Program-made: the position numbers and the translations under genes
NCBI GenBank assembly: GCA_965215505.1
Contig: OZ244065.1
Location: 4,640,001-4,704,000, forward strand
Reading direction: 5' to 3'
Source of the DNA: Capsulimonadaceae bacterium
GTDB lineage: Bacteria; Armatimonadota; Armatimonadia; Armatimonadales; Capsulimonadaceae
Length of the DNA stretch: 64,000 nt
The notes under the pieces: model-generated
What the model was told of the DNA's origin: nothing
What the model saw: only the letters and a program-made list of their open reading frames with translations
Database searches by the model: none
Shown here: positions 26,861 to 37,114 of the stretch, piece after piece
Position numbering within the stretch: the stretch's first letter is position 1
Layout of the letters: each line of letters opens with the position of its first letter

Positions 26861-28947
26861 GGCGATGTCTGTCTCCCGTAATAAACCCCGCGCCCGTTCG
26901 TGCCCACGAAGACCAGCCCGAACGTGTCAAAACTCGCCGCCATCGCGTTCGGCGCATCGCCGACCGGCTCGCGAGGATCGTTGATCCCCTCCCAGGAGAC
27001 CCCGCCGTCCAGCGACCGGAAGAGGCCCTGCCGCCCGTCGGCCAGCGCGCCGTCCAAATACAGCGCCGCGCCCGTGTGCCCCGGCGCGGCCTTGCCGACG
27101 GCGAACAAAGATGCCTGTTTGACGGCGGGCATTGAATGGAACGTCAGGCCGCCGTCGGCTGAGTGGGACAGGCCCGCATCGCCGAAGGCCAGCCACACGT
27201 CGCCCGCCTGCCCTGGCACGGTCACAAGGGCCTGGCCGCCGTTCGGCAGGTCCGAAGCGGTGACGGTGAAAGACGCGCCGCCGTCCACGCTCTTGTAGAC
27301 CTTGCCATTGTGATAGACATAGAAGACGTCCGCCAAGGCCCCGTCGGCGGCCAGCGGCGTCTGCCAGTTCCAGACGCCGCCGATCAGGCCATCCGGCAGG
27401 CCCGCCACGTTCTGCCAGGAGTGGCCGCCGTCGCGAGTCACCAGGGCTGGGCCTGCCCCGACGCGCAGGACGACCATGATGTCCGGGTCAGTGGCCGAGA
27501 CGGCGACGCGCGCCGCCAGTATCTTCGCGTCCCAGGCCGGGAAGCTTTCCCAGGTCCGCCCGCCGTCACGCGAGAGCGCGCCGCCCCCCGTCTTGTTCCA
27601 CGGCACCACGCCCGCCCGCGCGACGCGGCCCGGCTGGGAGGCGCACCAGGCGATGCCTTCCGTATACCCGAACGTCGGCCCCTTGCCGCCGAAGTAGCCG
27701 CCGAACCCGTGCGTGGGGAACGTGTCCAGGGCATCATGGACGAACCCGTCCACGTCCGCCGTCCCCGATAGCAGGGGCGGGCCGCCGGGCGGGCAGGCCA
27801 GGGTGAACACGACAAGCTCCTCGTGCCCGCGCTCGTGGTTCGTCAGGACAATGGGGTCGGCATTAACGTCCTCGGTGCGGTAGGTGGCGTACCAGTCGGT
27901 GAGCCAAACGCGGCCCTTCGCGGCGGGACTGAAAGCCACCCCGGCGACATACTGGATACGCTTCATGCCGTCCGCGTACCACGGCACGGAGCTTCGCGTC
28001 ACCGTCTTCTTCTCGGCCCAGGTCGCCCCGCCGTCGCGCGAGCGGAACAGGCGTAGGTGATCGGTCTGCGTCGTCGCCAGCAGATCATGCGGGTCCTGCG
28101 GGTCTACGGAAACGCCGCCAAAGGCCACGGCGACGCCGGGCGGGGTCACGTCCGCCCACGCCGCGCCGTCGTACTTACCAACCCCGTGCGCGTGGGTCGC
28201 ATACAGCGCCCCGTCCGGCGAGGCCGCCAGCCTCTCCACTTCGGCGGGGCCGCCCACCGTCTTGTGCCAGGTCAGGCCGTCATCGCCGGACTCGTACACG
28301 CCCTCTCCGAACGCAGCGGCATAGGCCGCACCGGGTTTTCTCGCCCCGAATGCGACTGCCGAAATGCCCACGCCCTCCTTCCCCGCGCCGGGGGTGGGGA
28401 CGCGCGCCCAGGAGGCCCCGGCGTCCGCGCTCCGCCACAGGCCGTCGTGGCGCGAGCCGAAGAGGAGGACGGACGGGTGGAACGGCGAGACGACCAGGCG
28501 CGGCCCGCCAAAGCGGTGGTCCTCGTTGCCGCCCATTTTAAGGTTTATCGGGAGCTTCTTCCATGTCCGCCCCCTGTCGCCCGACTTGAAGATCGTCCCC
28601 GGCGTCGCCCACTCGTACTCGCCCGCCGCGATATAGACGACGTCGGGGTCGCTCGGGTCGAGTGCCAGCCCCTCGCCGCCGTAGTAGTTGCTCTGATCGC
28701 GCCGCACCCAGTCCATGAGTGGGACCCAGTGCGAGGTCGGGGCGTCCCAGCGGTAGAACCCGCCGACATCGGTGCGGATGTAGACCAAATCTTTCTGCTT
28801 CGGATGGCAGTAGATGTCCGTCACATACCCCCCGCCGCCGATGGCGACGTTCTTCCAGACATAAGGAACGGCAGCAGGAGGAGCGGCGTGGGCACAAGGA
28901 GCGAGGAAGAGCAACGGAAGAAGATAAAGGAGCGGGCGCGTATTCAT
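26857..28947 (-). CDS. Secreted GH74 xyloglucanase-like beta-propeller protein
   Basis: WKNVAIGGGGYV, YIRTDVGG, MGGNE..R..G.RL, BNR repeats (S.DGG.TW), GTNGRG; signal peptide from 28947. Confidence 0.88.
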   Translation of the reverse strand: MNTRPLLYLLPLLFLAPCAHAAPPAAVPYVWKNVAIGGGGYVTDIYCHPKQKDLVYIRTDVGGFYRWDAPTSHWVPLMDWVRRDQSNYYGGEGLALDPSDPDVVYIAAGEYEWATPGTIFKSGDRGRTWKKLPINLKMGGNEDHRFGGPRLVVSPFHPSVLLFGSRHDGLWRSADAGASWARVPTPGAGKEGVGISAVAFGARKPGAAYAAAFGEGVYESGDDGLTWHKTVGGPAEVERLAASPDGALYATHAHGVGKYDGAAWADVTPPGVAVAFGGVSVDPQDPHDLLATTQTDHLRLFRSRDGGATWAEKKTVTRSSVPWYADGMKRIQYVAGVAFSPAAKGRVWLTDWYATYRTEDVNADPIVLTNHERGHEELVVFTLACPPGGPPLLSGTADVDGFVHDALDTFPTHGFGGYFGGKGPTFGYTEGIAWCASQPGRVARAGVVPWNKTGGGALSRDGGRTWESFPAWDAKILAARVAVSATDPDIMVVLRVGAGPALVTRDGGHSWQNVAGLPDGLIGGVWNWQTPLAADGALADVFYVYHNGKVYKSVDGGASFTVTASDLPNGGQALVTVPGQAGDVWLAFGDAGLSHSADGGLTFHSMPAVKQASLFAVGKAAPGHTGAALYLDGALADGRQGLFRSLDGGVSWEGINDPREPVGDAPNAMAASFDTFGLVFVGTNGRGVYYGRQTSP

Positions 28948-28996
28948 CAGCGTTAGTATACCTCTGCGGCAAAAGAACCGGACACTGACCTCCTCC

Positions 28997-29117
28997 GTAG
29001 GGGCGAACCTTGTGTTCGCCCATGCCATACAGGAACCGAATGCCAGGGCAACCACAGGGGGTTGCCCCTACCGGTCAGTCACGCGGTCACCGTAGGGGCA
29101 GGCCCCCGTGCCTGCCC
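28997..29117. repeat. Cluster of three GTAG REPs
   Basis: 28997-29021 (+, consensus), 29046-29071 (-, variant), 29092-29117 (+, variant). Confidence 0.75.
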
Positions 29118-29172
29118 TTCCTTGCTCCGTGCCTGCCGTTCATCTGCGACGATGCTGACCGGACGCCGGGCA

Positions 29173-29201
29173 TTGACAAACGGGGCCGGCTGTGCTAGAG
29201 T
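29173..29201 (+). promoter_or_regulatory. sigma70-type promoter for the GH95/GH5 genes
   Basis: TTGACA-17 nt-TAGAGT with an extended -10 TG. Confidence 0.6.
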
Positions 29202-29263
29202 TCCGTACCAATCGCGGTGCCCCGGCTCCTCGCAGCCCCGGCATACGCCCGACGGAAAAACCC

Positions 29264-31750
29264 ATGCCCACCCCTAACCTCACGCCCGCCGCCGACACGG
29301 CCGCCCTGATGCCCCGCCACGGGACCGTCAGCATCAAGCCTGCCGATAATTGGGAAGACGCCCTGGCCGCCGGGAACGGCACGATGGGCGCGCTGCTCTA
29401 CGGGGACCCGCGCCGTGACACGCTCATCGCCGACCACTGCCGACTTTGGCTGCCCGCTGGGTCGCGCGAGGTCCTGCCCGACATGGGACCGGTCCTGCCC
29501 GAGATGCGGCGTATCATCGGCGAACAGGGGTACGACGCCGGGCAGAAGTTCTTCCTGAAGACCGCCCGCGAACAGGGCTGGGGCGGCAGCCTGGTCTGGA
29601 CGGATGCCTTCCACCCCGGCTTCTTCCTCCGAATAGACCAGCCCGAGCCGGGCGCGATCACGGAGTATGCCCGCGTCGAGGACTTCGCGACCGGCGAGGT
29701 CTGGGCGCGCTGGCACACCGAGGCGGGCAATTTTACGCGCCGCCTGTTCGTCTCCAAGACCGATAACGTCATCGTCGTCACGACGACCGGCCCGAAAGGC
29801 AAGGTGTCCCTGAGCGCGGTGATGCAGGAAGTGGACAATGCCCTGATCAAGTCAATGGCCGTCCACGAGGTCGGCTTGATCACCTGCCACAGCGTCTATG
29901 TCCACGGCAAGGGCGGCTACGATGGGGCCATTCGGGTTGTCGCCGAGGGCGGCGTACAGATCAGCGACGGCCACTCCGTCTCCGTCACGGGTGCCGACTC
30001 GGTGACGCTCCTCCTGCATATCATGCCCTGGAAAACGCCCCTGTCGGGCAGCCAGGCGTGGCCCAACTCGCCCGACAACCCGGACTTCACCCGCGCCGCG
30101 CCTCCCACGCGGAATACAGTTCAGGCCGCCGGCACAGCCTACGACCCTCAGTGGATGGAGGCCCTGACGCGCGACCTGAACGCGCTGCCGTCCGGCTACG
30201 ATGCCCTACTGAAGCCCCATGCCGCCGCTTGGGGCGTGCTGTTCGGTCGCGTCTCGGTTGACCTGGGCGGGACGCCCGCCGAGCGCAGCATGTCTTCCGA
30301 GGGCCTGCTGGACCTGGCCCAGAAGGAGCAGCGGCTGCCGCCCGCCCTCCTGGAGCGGATGTACGACGCGGGCCGCTACGTCTTCCTCTGCTCGGCGGGG
30401 CCGGAGACGCCGCCCAACCTGTTCGGCATCTGGACCGGGACATGGCACCCGGCCTGGTCGGGCGACTACACGACCGACACTAACTTGCAACTGGACACGG
30501 AGCTTGCCTACAGCGCCAACCTGGCCGAGTGCATGGACGGCTATTTCAACCTCTGGGACAGCTACGTCCCCGACTTCCAGAGGAACGCACGCGACCTCTA
30601 CGGCTGCCGGGGCATCCTGACCGGCAGCCGCGCCTCGAACAACGGCCTGGCCCTGCACTGGGACGATAGCTGGCCCGGCAACCTGTGGACGCCCGGTGCC
30701 CCCTGGATCGCGCACTGGTACTACGACCACTATTTGTATACGGGTGACAAAGCCTTCCTGCGTGACCGCGCCCTGCCCTGGATGGAGCAGTGCGCGCTCT
30801 TCTATGAAGACTTCCTGATGGGGACCGAGGATGACAGCGGCCACTACACCTTCCGCCCCTCCTTCTCCGCCGAGAACGGCTGGGGGGACAATGCCGCCCA
30901 GGACATCGAGATCGCGCACGAGCTTCTGACAAACCTCATCGCCGGGTGCGAGACGTTGCACGTCAACCCAGAGGGCGTCGCGCGCTGGAAGGCGCTGCTG
31001 GCGAAGCTGCCGCCGCTGCTGATCAACGAGGAGGGGCAGCTCAAGGAGTGGGCGAACCCGACCCAGGGCGAGAAGAACGATCACCGCCACCTGATGCACC
31101 TCTACGGCGCGTTCGAGAGCGGGCAGTTCGGCGAGGAGGCCGACCCAACATTGTTCGAGGCCGCCCGAGTCGCCCTGCACAACCGCGTGGAGGCAAGCAC
31201 CGAAGACGCCACCCACGGCTTCATGCACACGGGCCTTGCGGCGGTCGGCCTGGGCCTGGGCGACCTCGCCTTCGCCCGCGTCGAGCTGCTGGCGAAGCAC
31301 CGCTCGGTCTACCCGAGCCTAGTGGCCGCCCACTTCGGCGGCCCGCGCACGCTCTGCGACGACGGCAACGGCACGACGCCGGAGATCGTCAACCGCATGA
31401 TCGTCCAGTCGAAAATGGGCCGCCTGGAACTCCTGCCCGCCCTCCCCGCTGCACTGCCGAAGGGCACTCTGAGCGGCACGCGGGCGCGCGGCGCTCTCCT
31501 CGTCAACCATGTGACCTGGGACATGAAGGCCGGCACCCTCTCCGCCGTCCTGACCTCGGACGCGGCCCAGACGCTGGCCCTCGTGCTGCCGCCCGACGCG
31601 ACGATAGACAGCCTGACCGTGGACGGCACGGTTCGCCCCGCGACAATGCAGGGCGTCCGCAAGCAGGGCTGCACCCTGCATCTACCCGAAGGCGAGGCCG
31701 TGACGGTCCACGCCCGGTTCCACTTCACGGGGGCCGATGATGCGGCCTAG
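29264..31750 (+). CDS. GH95-like alpha-L-fucosidase
   Basis: PADNWEDAL..GNG.MGA, YDAGRY, PNLFGIW, WSGDYTTDTNLQ, GQLKEW, HRHLMHLY, LLPALP. Confidence 0.85.
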   Translation: MPTPNLTPAADTAALMPRHGTVSIKPADNWEDALAAGNGTMGALLYGDPRRDTLIADHCRLWLPAGSREVLPDMGPVLPEMRRIIGEQGYDAGQKFFLKTAREQGWGGSLVWTDAFHPGFFLRIDQPEPGAITEYARVEDFATGEVWARWHTEAGNFTRRLFVSKTDNVIVVTTTGPKGKVSLSAVMQEVDNALIKSMAVHEVGLITCHSVYVHGKGGYDGAIRVVAEGGVQISDGHSVSVTGADSVTLLLHIMPWKTPLSGSQAWPNSPDNPDFTRAAPPTRNTVQAAGTAYDPQWMEALTRDLNALPSGYDALLKPHAAAWGVLFGRVSVDLGGTPAERSMSSEGLLDLAQKEQRLPPALLERMYDAGRYVFLCSAGPETPPNLFGIWTGTWHPAWSGDYTTDTNLQLDTELAYSANLAECMDGYFNLWDSYVPDFQRNARDLYGCRGILTGSRASNNGLALHWDDSWPGNLWTPGAPWIAHWYYDHYLYTGDKAFLRDRALPWMEQCALFYEDFLMGTEDDSGHYTFRPSFSAENGWGDNAAQDIEIAHELLTNLIAGCETLHVNPEGVARWKALLAKLPPLLINEEGQLKEWANPTQGEKNDHRHLMHLYGAFESGQFGEEADPTLFEAARVALHNRVEASTEDATHGFMHTGLAAVGLGLGDLAFARVELLAKHRSVYPSLVAAHFGGPRTLCDDGNGTTPEIVNRMIVQSKMGRLELLPALPAALPKGTLSGTRARGALLVNHVTWDMKAGTLSAVLTSDAAQTLALVLPPDATIDSLTVDGTVRPATMQGVRKQGCTLHLPEGEAVTVHARFHFTGADDAA

Positions 31751-32984
31751 AACATTTGGCCTCGCCTGTGCCCTCGCCGCCTTGACCATCATCTGCGGCT
31801 GCCGAAACCCCGCCCGCTGTGCCCCCACCTTCGTCCGCAGCCAGGGGACGCGGATGATGCTCGGCAAGACTCCGTTCCAGCCCCGAGGCGTCAACCTGGG
31901 CAACTGGCTGGTGCCGGAGCCTTACATGATGGGCGGCGGCCACTCCAACGAGCAGATCCGACTGGCGCTCCGATCCGCCGCCGGGAGCGAGGCGAACTAT
32001 CAGGCATGGCGAGCCGCCTGGCGCGACAACTATATCACCAGGCCCGACATCCGCCGCATCAAGTCGCTCGGCTTCAACACCGTCCGCGTCCCCCTCGACT
32101 GGCGCGACTTCGGAAGCGGCGATTCGTCCGTCGGCTTCCGCTCGCTCGACCCTCTTCTGGCCTGGTGCCGGGCGGAGGGCGTCTACGTCCTGCCGGACAT
32201 GCACGTCTACCCGGACACTTTGGGCAAAGGCACCGTATTCGTCCGCTCCGAAACCGAGGCCGACCTCGCCCTCGACACGGTCAAGGCCGCCTGGGCGACG
32301 GTCGCGCTGCATTACCGCGACAACCCCAACATCCTCGGCTATGACCTGCTCAACGAGCCGCCCGGCTACCACGACGACCGCCTCCGCCCGACCTACCTCC
32401 AGATCCGGAACGCCATCCGCGCCGTGGACACACACCACATCATCGTGGTCGAGCCGAACATCTTCTCCGACCTTGGCACGCCGGGCCACTGGTCCCTGGG
32501 CGCACCCATTGACGCCGACATGGCGGTCGCCCCCCACTTCTACGGCGGGGCGGTGCCGGGCAGCATTGACGCCGACCTCCCGACCGACGCCAACCACCAC
32601 AACGGACGCAAGTACCTGAACTGGCAATACGCGGCTGAGAACCACGTCCCTCTGCTCGTCGGCGAGTTCGGCGAGAACAGCGACGACTGGCTCCGGCGCA
32701 TGGTTCGTCTCTGGAAAACCGGCAAGGATGGCGTGGCGGCGGGGGTCTTTTACTGGACCTACAAGAAGCCCGGAAACGAGGCCGGCGACCTCGTCACTGT
32801 CCCCTGGATTCCGGGCTGGGACACTATCCGACACTACCTCCAGGACGGCGGCCCGCCCCCGCCGGACGCCTACAAGGCGATGATGGACATGGCCGCCGCC
32901 ACGAACGCGAGGTACGAAGTCTTCCACCCCAACATCGCCGAGGCTTTGCGGGGAGAGGCACCGCCCCAGTCTGCACCGAAATGA
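31737..32984 (+). CDS. GH5 (cellulase family) glycoside hydrolase, secreted
   Basis: RGVNLGNWLVPE, GFNTVRVP, YDLLNEP, HFY, VGEFGE. Confidence 0.88.
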   Translation: MMRPRTFGLACALAALTIICGCRNPARCAPTFVRSQGTRMMLGKTPFQPRGVNLGNWLVPEPYMMGGGHSNEQIRLALRSAAGSEANYQAWRAAWRDNYITRPDIRRIKSLGFNTVRVPLDWRDFGSGDSSVGFRSLDPLLAWCRAEGVYVLPDMHVYPDTLGKGTVFVRSETEADLALDTVKAAWATVALHYRDNPNILGYDLLNEPPGYHDDRLRPTYLQIRNAIRAVDTHHIIVVEPNIFSDLGTPGHWSLGAPIDADMAVAPHFYGGAVPGSIDADLPTDANHHNGRKYLNWQYAAENHVPLLVGEFGENSDDWLRRMVRLWKTGKDGVAAGVFYWTYKKPGNEAGDLVTVPWIPGWDTIRHYLQDGGPPPPDAYKAMMDMAAATNARYEVFHPNIAEALRGEAPPQSAPK

Positions 32985-33001
32985 CGCCCGGCGGCGGACT
33001 C

Positions 33002-34519
33002 TCAGCCCTCTATCTCTCCGAGAGCCGAACTCATCCGTCCTTGAATCGCCGCTTGGATCTCGGCCACTTCTTCGTCCGACAACTCTGCGAACCGATCCCT
33101 TTTTCCCTTCGCTAGATGCCCCCGGTTTTGTAGGCACAATTGTACCAGCAGAGAGGCGCGACGGTCAGGCATGTCCACGACATCACGCACCGCCTCGAAG
33201 CAGGCGTCATAGAGACTCAGAAAATCCAGCTCTTTCTTGAAATCCTGCTGGATGGTGTCGGCGACCCTCTCATAAAGATACTCTGCCTGTGCCGTCGCGT
33301 CGAAGTGGCGATATAATTGGTCTGTGGTGTTGAGGACTTCGATCATACGATCCTCCGTCCACTTCCAGTCAATGTACGGTAGGAGCGGGCGGGAGAAAGC
33401 TTCTAATGCCTGGTCGTATAGATGCCTCTGGCGGAGTATGGCAGCGCTCACCGGCAGGATCACGCCGGGGGGGCTGAAACCCCGCCGCGCCAGCATCGCG
33501 TGAATGAGGAAGCGGTGGATGCGCCCGTTGCCGTCCTCGAACGGATGCACGAAGACGAACGCGAAGGCGCTGACCGCCGCCGCCAGTACGGCATCTAAGT
33601 CGCTGGAAGAAACGCGCTCCGTCATTGCCATCCAGCCCTGCATGAGAGAGGGGACATCCTGCGGGCGTGGACAGATGAAGTGGACCTGCTCTTGAAAATC
33701 GTGCGTCGTCTGGCCGACGAAGTTCTGCACGTCACGCCAGTCGTTCGCGGCATAACGCGGGTCCACGATGCTCGCCTGCAAGCGGACGAGTTCTTCCTTT
33801 GAATGGTGAAAGTCTCCCACCCCGTGCAGGGTCTGCCAGAACCGTTCTTCGCGGAGGCGGCTTGGCTTCTCCCCTTCAATCGCGAAGGAGGAGCGCGTCT
33901 CCTTCGTATACAGGAAATTGACGGCCCGTGCCAGCGTTTCCGGCGCGTACTGCTTCGCCAGGCGCGCGGCCTCCAGGTCAAGGCGGGCTTTGCACAGTGC
34001 CTCCAGCCGGGGCGTCCGGCGCAAAACCGGGCAGAAACCGCCGCCGCCCAGCAGGTTGTCACGGACACGGTGCCGCGCTGAGACTTGCGGGCGTGCGCCG
34101 TAATGACGCCGCTCATCCAGTGCATCGACATAGATGCCGGCGCGCGCCGCTTCCAGGTCCAGGGTCTGCCCGCCCAGCGTCTCATACAGGAACCAGGCCC
34201 GCCGGCTGAAACCGCTCGTCGGCTTGGAGCGCACCCACTCTTCCAGCGCGTGCCGCCCGATGCCTGCCATTGCCTCATGGACGATGCCTAGATCAAGCGG
34301 CTCGTTCTTCAGGGCGAAAGTCAGGTGCCCGATTAAAGTGTCTGCCGGCAGATATTGGGGGGGATAAAACTCTTCCGCCGCCCCCGGAAGTTCTTTCGTG
34401 CGGCGCGCGCCAGCCCCGACAAAGCTACGCACGGCGGGCAGCGGGCGTCGCATCTCAAGCCTCTGGTGCAAAGCGTACTGGCCCGCCGGTGTGTAGGAAT
34501 TGTTCTGGGGGCGGCTCAT
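33002..34519 (-). CDS. Fic family protein
   Basis: Intact HPFEDGNGRIHR Fic motif; ETRSSFAIEGE. Confidence 0.92.
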   Translation of the reverse strand: MSRPQNNSYTPAGQYALHQRLEMRRPLPAVRSFVGAGARRTKELPGAAEEFYPPQYLPADTLIGHLTFALKNEPLDLGIVHEAMAGIGRHALEEWVRSKPTSGFSRRAWFLYETLGGQTLDLEAARAGIYVDALDERRHYGARPQVSARHRVRDNLLGGGGFCPVLRRTPRLEALCKARLDLEAARLAKQYAPETLARAVNFLYTKETRSSFAIEGEKPSRLREERFWQTLHGVGDFHHSKEELVRLQASIVDPRYAANDWRDVQNFVGQTTHDFQEQVHFICPRPQDVPSLMQGWMAMTERVSSSDLDAVLAAAVSAFAFVFVHPFEDGNGRIHRFLIHAMLARRGFSPPGVILPVSAAILRQRHLYDQALEAFSRPLLPYIDWKWTEDRMIEVLNTTDQLYRHFDATAQAEYLYERVADTIQQDFKKELDFLSLYDACFEAVRDVVDMPDRRASLLVQLCLQNRGHLAKGKRDRFAELSDEEVAEIQAAIQGRMSSALGEIEG

Positions 34520-34651
34520 TGTCGCAAAACCATGTCGTTTATCTTAAAACAGTAACTAGAGCCATAGTTTATCCTAAACCATTGTCGCTGTCAATGCCGT
34601 TGGGGGCACTTCCAGGGCGATTGCATATCGACGTTACTTCCGTGCCATGAC

Positions 34652-34839
34652 CCGACCATGCCATGAATGGCACGACTACTCCTGGTACGGCTACGCGGCG
34701 AGGACGCTACAAACCCCGCTTCTGCACTGGTCAGCACTGGCTACCCGGAGGGCGCGGGGCTAGGAGTTTTTCCTCAGTGCCGCGAAGCGGTACTTCCTGG
34801 CGTCCTCGCCGCGTAGCCGTGCGTTTCAACGCACGGTCG
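34652..34839. repeat. REPIN/MITE-like element of a further GTAG REP type
   Basis: GTAGTCGTGCCATTCATGGCATGG (-) near 34655-34678; GTAGCCGTGCGTTTCAACGCACGG (+) near 34814-34837; 19-bp inverted repeat GGCTACGCGGCGAGGACGC / GCGTCCTCGCCGCGTAGCC. Confidence 0.6.
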
Positions 34840-34867
34840 GGTTTATATGCGATTGCCACGGGGCACT

Positions 34868-35836
34868 TCATTTGCGGTCGGCCACGTCGCGCGCTTGCAG
34901 GAGGAGTTCGGCCATCTCCAGCGACGCCGCCGTGCTGTAGTACTCGTCCCCGCCACACGTTAGGGCCGCGAGGAGCGCCTGATGGACGGGGACGGTCGGC
35001 ACGGTGTCGGTGATGTCCGCCTCGGGCCGGCCCTCGGTGGTGAGGAGGCAGCGCCCGTCCCGCACCTCGACCATCCCCTTGCTGCCCGCCAGGCGGAGGC
35101 GGTCGTCGCCGTGCGTTTTGGCCGAGGCGGGGCGCAGGAAGTCGGCGTGGACCAGGCCGCTGCCGCCGTTTTCGAGGGCGAACGCGCAGGCGACGTGGTC
35201 CTCCATCGTCGGGTAGGCGGGCCGGGAGAGGTTGCCCTGCCGCCCCCACAGGGGCCGGAGGCTTTGGCCGGTCGTGAAGCGGAGGACGTCAATGCCGTGG
35301 CTGGCGATCCAGAGCAGGGTGCCGCCGTAGAGGCTGCGGTCGTCGTACCAGGGGGGCCGCGTGCCGAACCTGTAGCTCTTCTGGGCGGTCGCCAGCACGA
35401 CCTCGCCGATCAGGCCGTCGGCGACGGCGGCGCGGGCGGCCCGGAACTCCGGCAGGGCGCGGAAGGGGAACTCGGTCAGCAGGAGGCGTCGCGTACCGTC
35501 GGTCAGTGCCCGCAGACGCGCCAGCATCTCCCAGGAGGCGGCGACCGGCTTGTCGCTGACCACGGCGACCTCGCGCTCCAAAGCGGCGGCGGCCCATTCG
35601 CCGTTCAGGGCGTAGACGGCCCCGACGCTGACAACGTCGGGCCGGGCGGCCTCCAGCATGACCCGCGCGTCGTCGAACCAGAGGGTGTCGCCTAGTGTCG
35701 CGGCGAACGCCTCTGCTTTCTCGTCATCTACCCCGTCACCCGCCACGGGAACGGGCCGCTCCACGGACAAACCGGAATCGCTCAGAGCGGCGCGCAGATA
35801 ATGGTGTCCGTGTCCGCCGATGAAGGCAAGGCGCAT
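34868..35836 (-). CDS. Gfo/Idh/MocA oxidoreductase
   Basis: MRLAFIGG, VVSDKPVA, YGGTLLWIASHGID. Confidence 0.85.
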   Translation of the reverse strand: MRLAFIGGHGHHYLRAALSDSGLSVERPVPVAGDGVDDEKAEAFAATLGDTLWFDDARVMLEAARPDVVSVGAVYALNGEWAAAALEREVAVVSDKPVAASWEMLARLRALTDGTRRLLLTEFPFRALPEFRAARAAVADGLIGEVVLATAQKSYRFGTRPPWYDDRSLYGGTLLWIASHGIDVLRFTTGQSLRPLWGRQGNLSRPAYPTMEDHVACAFALENGGSGLVHADFLRPASAKTHGDDRLRLAGSKGMVEVRDGRCLLTTEGRPEADITDTVPTVPVHQALLAALTCGGDEYYSTAASLEMAELLLQARDVADRK

Positions 35837-35840
35837 GGGG

Positions 35841-37112
35841 TCAGCTTTCTTCTTCCGCCGGCCCGGCGAAGAACGAGTAGCCGCGCAGGTCACGCGCCCC
35901 GCCCGGCGCGGTCCAGCCGGTCAGGCCCGTCTCGTGCGGCAGGCAATGGCGCTCGGCGCAGGCTTGGAAGAGGTCTTCGATGCCCGAAATCGCCGTCAGG
36001 CGTCCGCCCTCCCCCGAGGGCAGCACGTTGAAGAACTGCGGTGGGATGGCATGCACTGGCGCGGCCTCGGACGCCCCGTTGACGGCGATCAGGTGTGCGC
36101 GCGCCACGACCAGCGTCGCGACCGGCTGTTCGTCGGGGACGCCGCGCACGAGCGAGGCGAACCGGCGCAGCATGTGCGTCCGGGACGCCTCCCGCAGCGA
36201 GAACGTCTGCGCCCCGCGCGGCGTCCGTATCTCGGCCTGTGCGCCCGCCTCATAGTGGAGGCTGCCGGACGTACCCTCCATGACGATGCGGGGCGGGCGT
36301 GTCTCGCGGCAGGCGTGAGTCAGCAGGGCAAGAAGCGGTACGCCCGACGCGGTGACGAGCCGCAGGCCGCAGGTGTCATAGGTTTCGATGGGGTTTGCGC
36401 GGTACAACTCGGCTTCGACACCCGCAGGGACGGCGGAGTCTCCGAGGGAGTCGCCCAGCAGGAACAGGGCGAGGTTGAGGTAGTGGGCCAGCGCGTTGCT
36501 CGCTGGGCTGTCCATCACCCACGCGCCGCCTTGCCGCCGGCGTCCGGCCCAGGCGGAGCGGGCGTAGTAGCGGCTGTCGCGCGGCCAGCAGGCCGTCAGG
36601 GTGACGGACCGGACCGCGCCGATTTCCCCGGCCAGCAGCGCCCGCTTGAGCGCGAGTGTCGCCGGCTCATGGATGTCCTGGAAGCCTATCGCCACGGGCA
36701 GCCCCGCCCGGTTTTGGGCCTCCTGCATGGCGTCCAGGTCTTGAACACAACCGGCGGCTGGCTTTTCGCACATCACGGCGAGGCCCGCCGCCAGGGCCTG
36801 CTCGGTGTAGGGGCGGTGGAGCGGGATGGGAAGCGGCAGCCAGACCGCCTCGGCGGGACGGGCCAGCAGGTCTTCCCAGCGCGCCAGTACGGGGACGCCC
36901 GCCGCTTCCAGTTCGGCGGACAGCGCGGGGTGCGCGTCCGGGTCCGGCTCACAGATGGCGGCCAGCCGGACGAGCGGCCCCGCGCCGCCCGCGCCCCGGC
37001 TCTGTTCCAGCAGCAGGCGGCAGATGACCCCGGCGTAGCCGCCCATCCCCGCCGTGCCGATGAGCAAAGGCCCCGCCGGAGTCCCGGCGGGGCCTGATGC
37101 CGACGTCGTCAT
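35841..37112 (-). CDS. Gfo/Idh/MocA oxidoreductase
   Basis: GTAGMGGY, PIPLH, VMCEKPAA, NALAHYLN. Confidence 0.85.
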   Translation of the reverse strand: MTTSASGPAGTPAGPLLIGTAGMGGYAGVICRLLLEQSRGAGGAGPLVRLAAICEPDPDAHPALSAELEAAGVPVLARWEDLLARPAEAVWLPLPIPLHRPYTEQALAAGLAVMCEKPAAGCVQDLDAMQEAQNRAGLPVAIGFQDIHEPATLALKRALLAGEIGAVRSVTLTACWPRDSRYYARSAWAGRRRQGGAWVMDSPASNALAHYLNLALFLLGDSLGDSAVPAGVEAELYRANPIETYDTCGLRLVTASGVPLLALLTHACRETRPPRIVMEGTSGSLHYEAGAQAEIRTPRGAQTFSLREASRTHMLRRFASLVRGVPDEQPVATLVVARAHLIAVNGASEAAPVHAIPPQFFNVLPSGEGGRLTAISGIEDLFQACAERHCLPHETGLTGWTAPGGARDLRGYSFFAGPAEEES

Positions 37113-37114
37113 CG

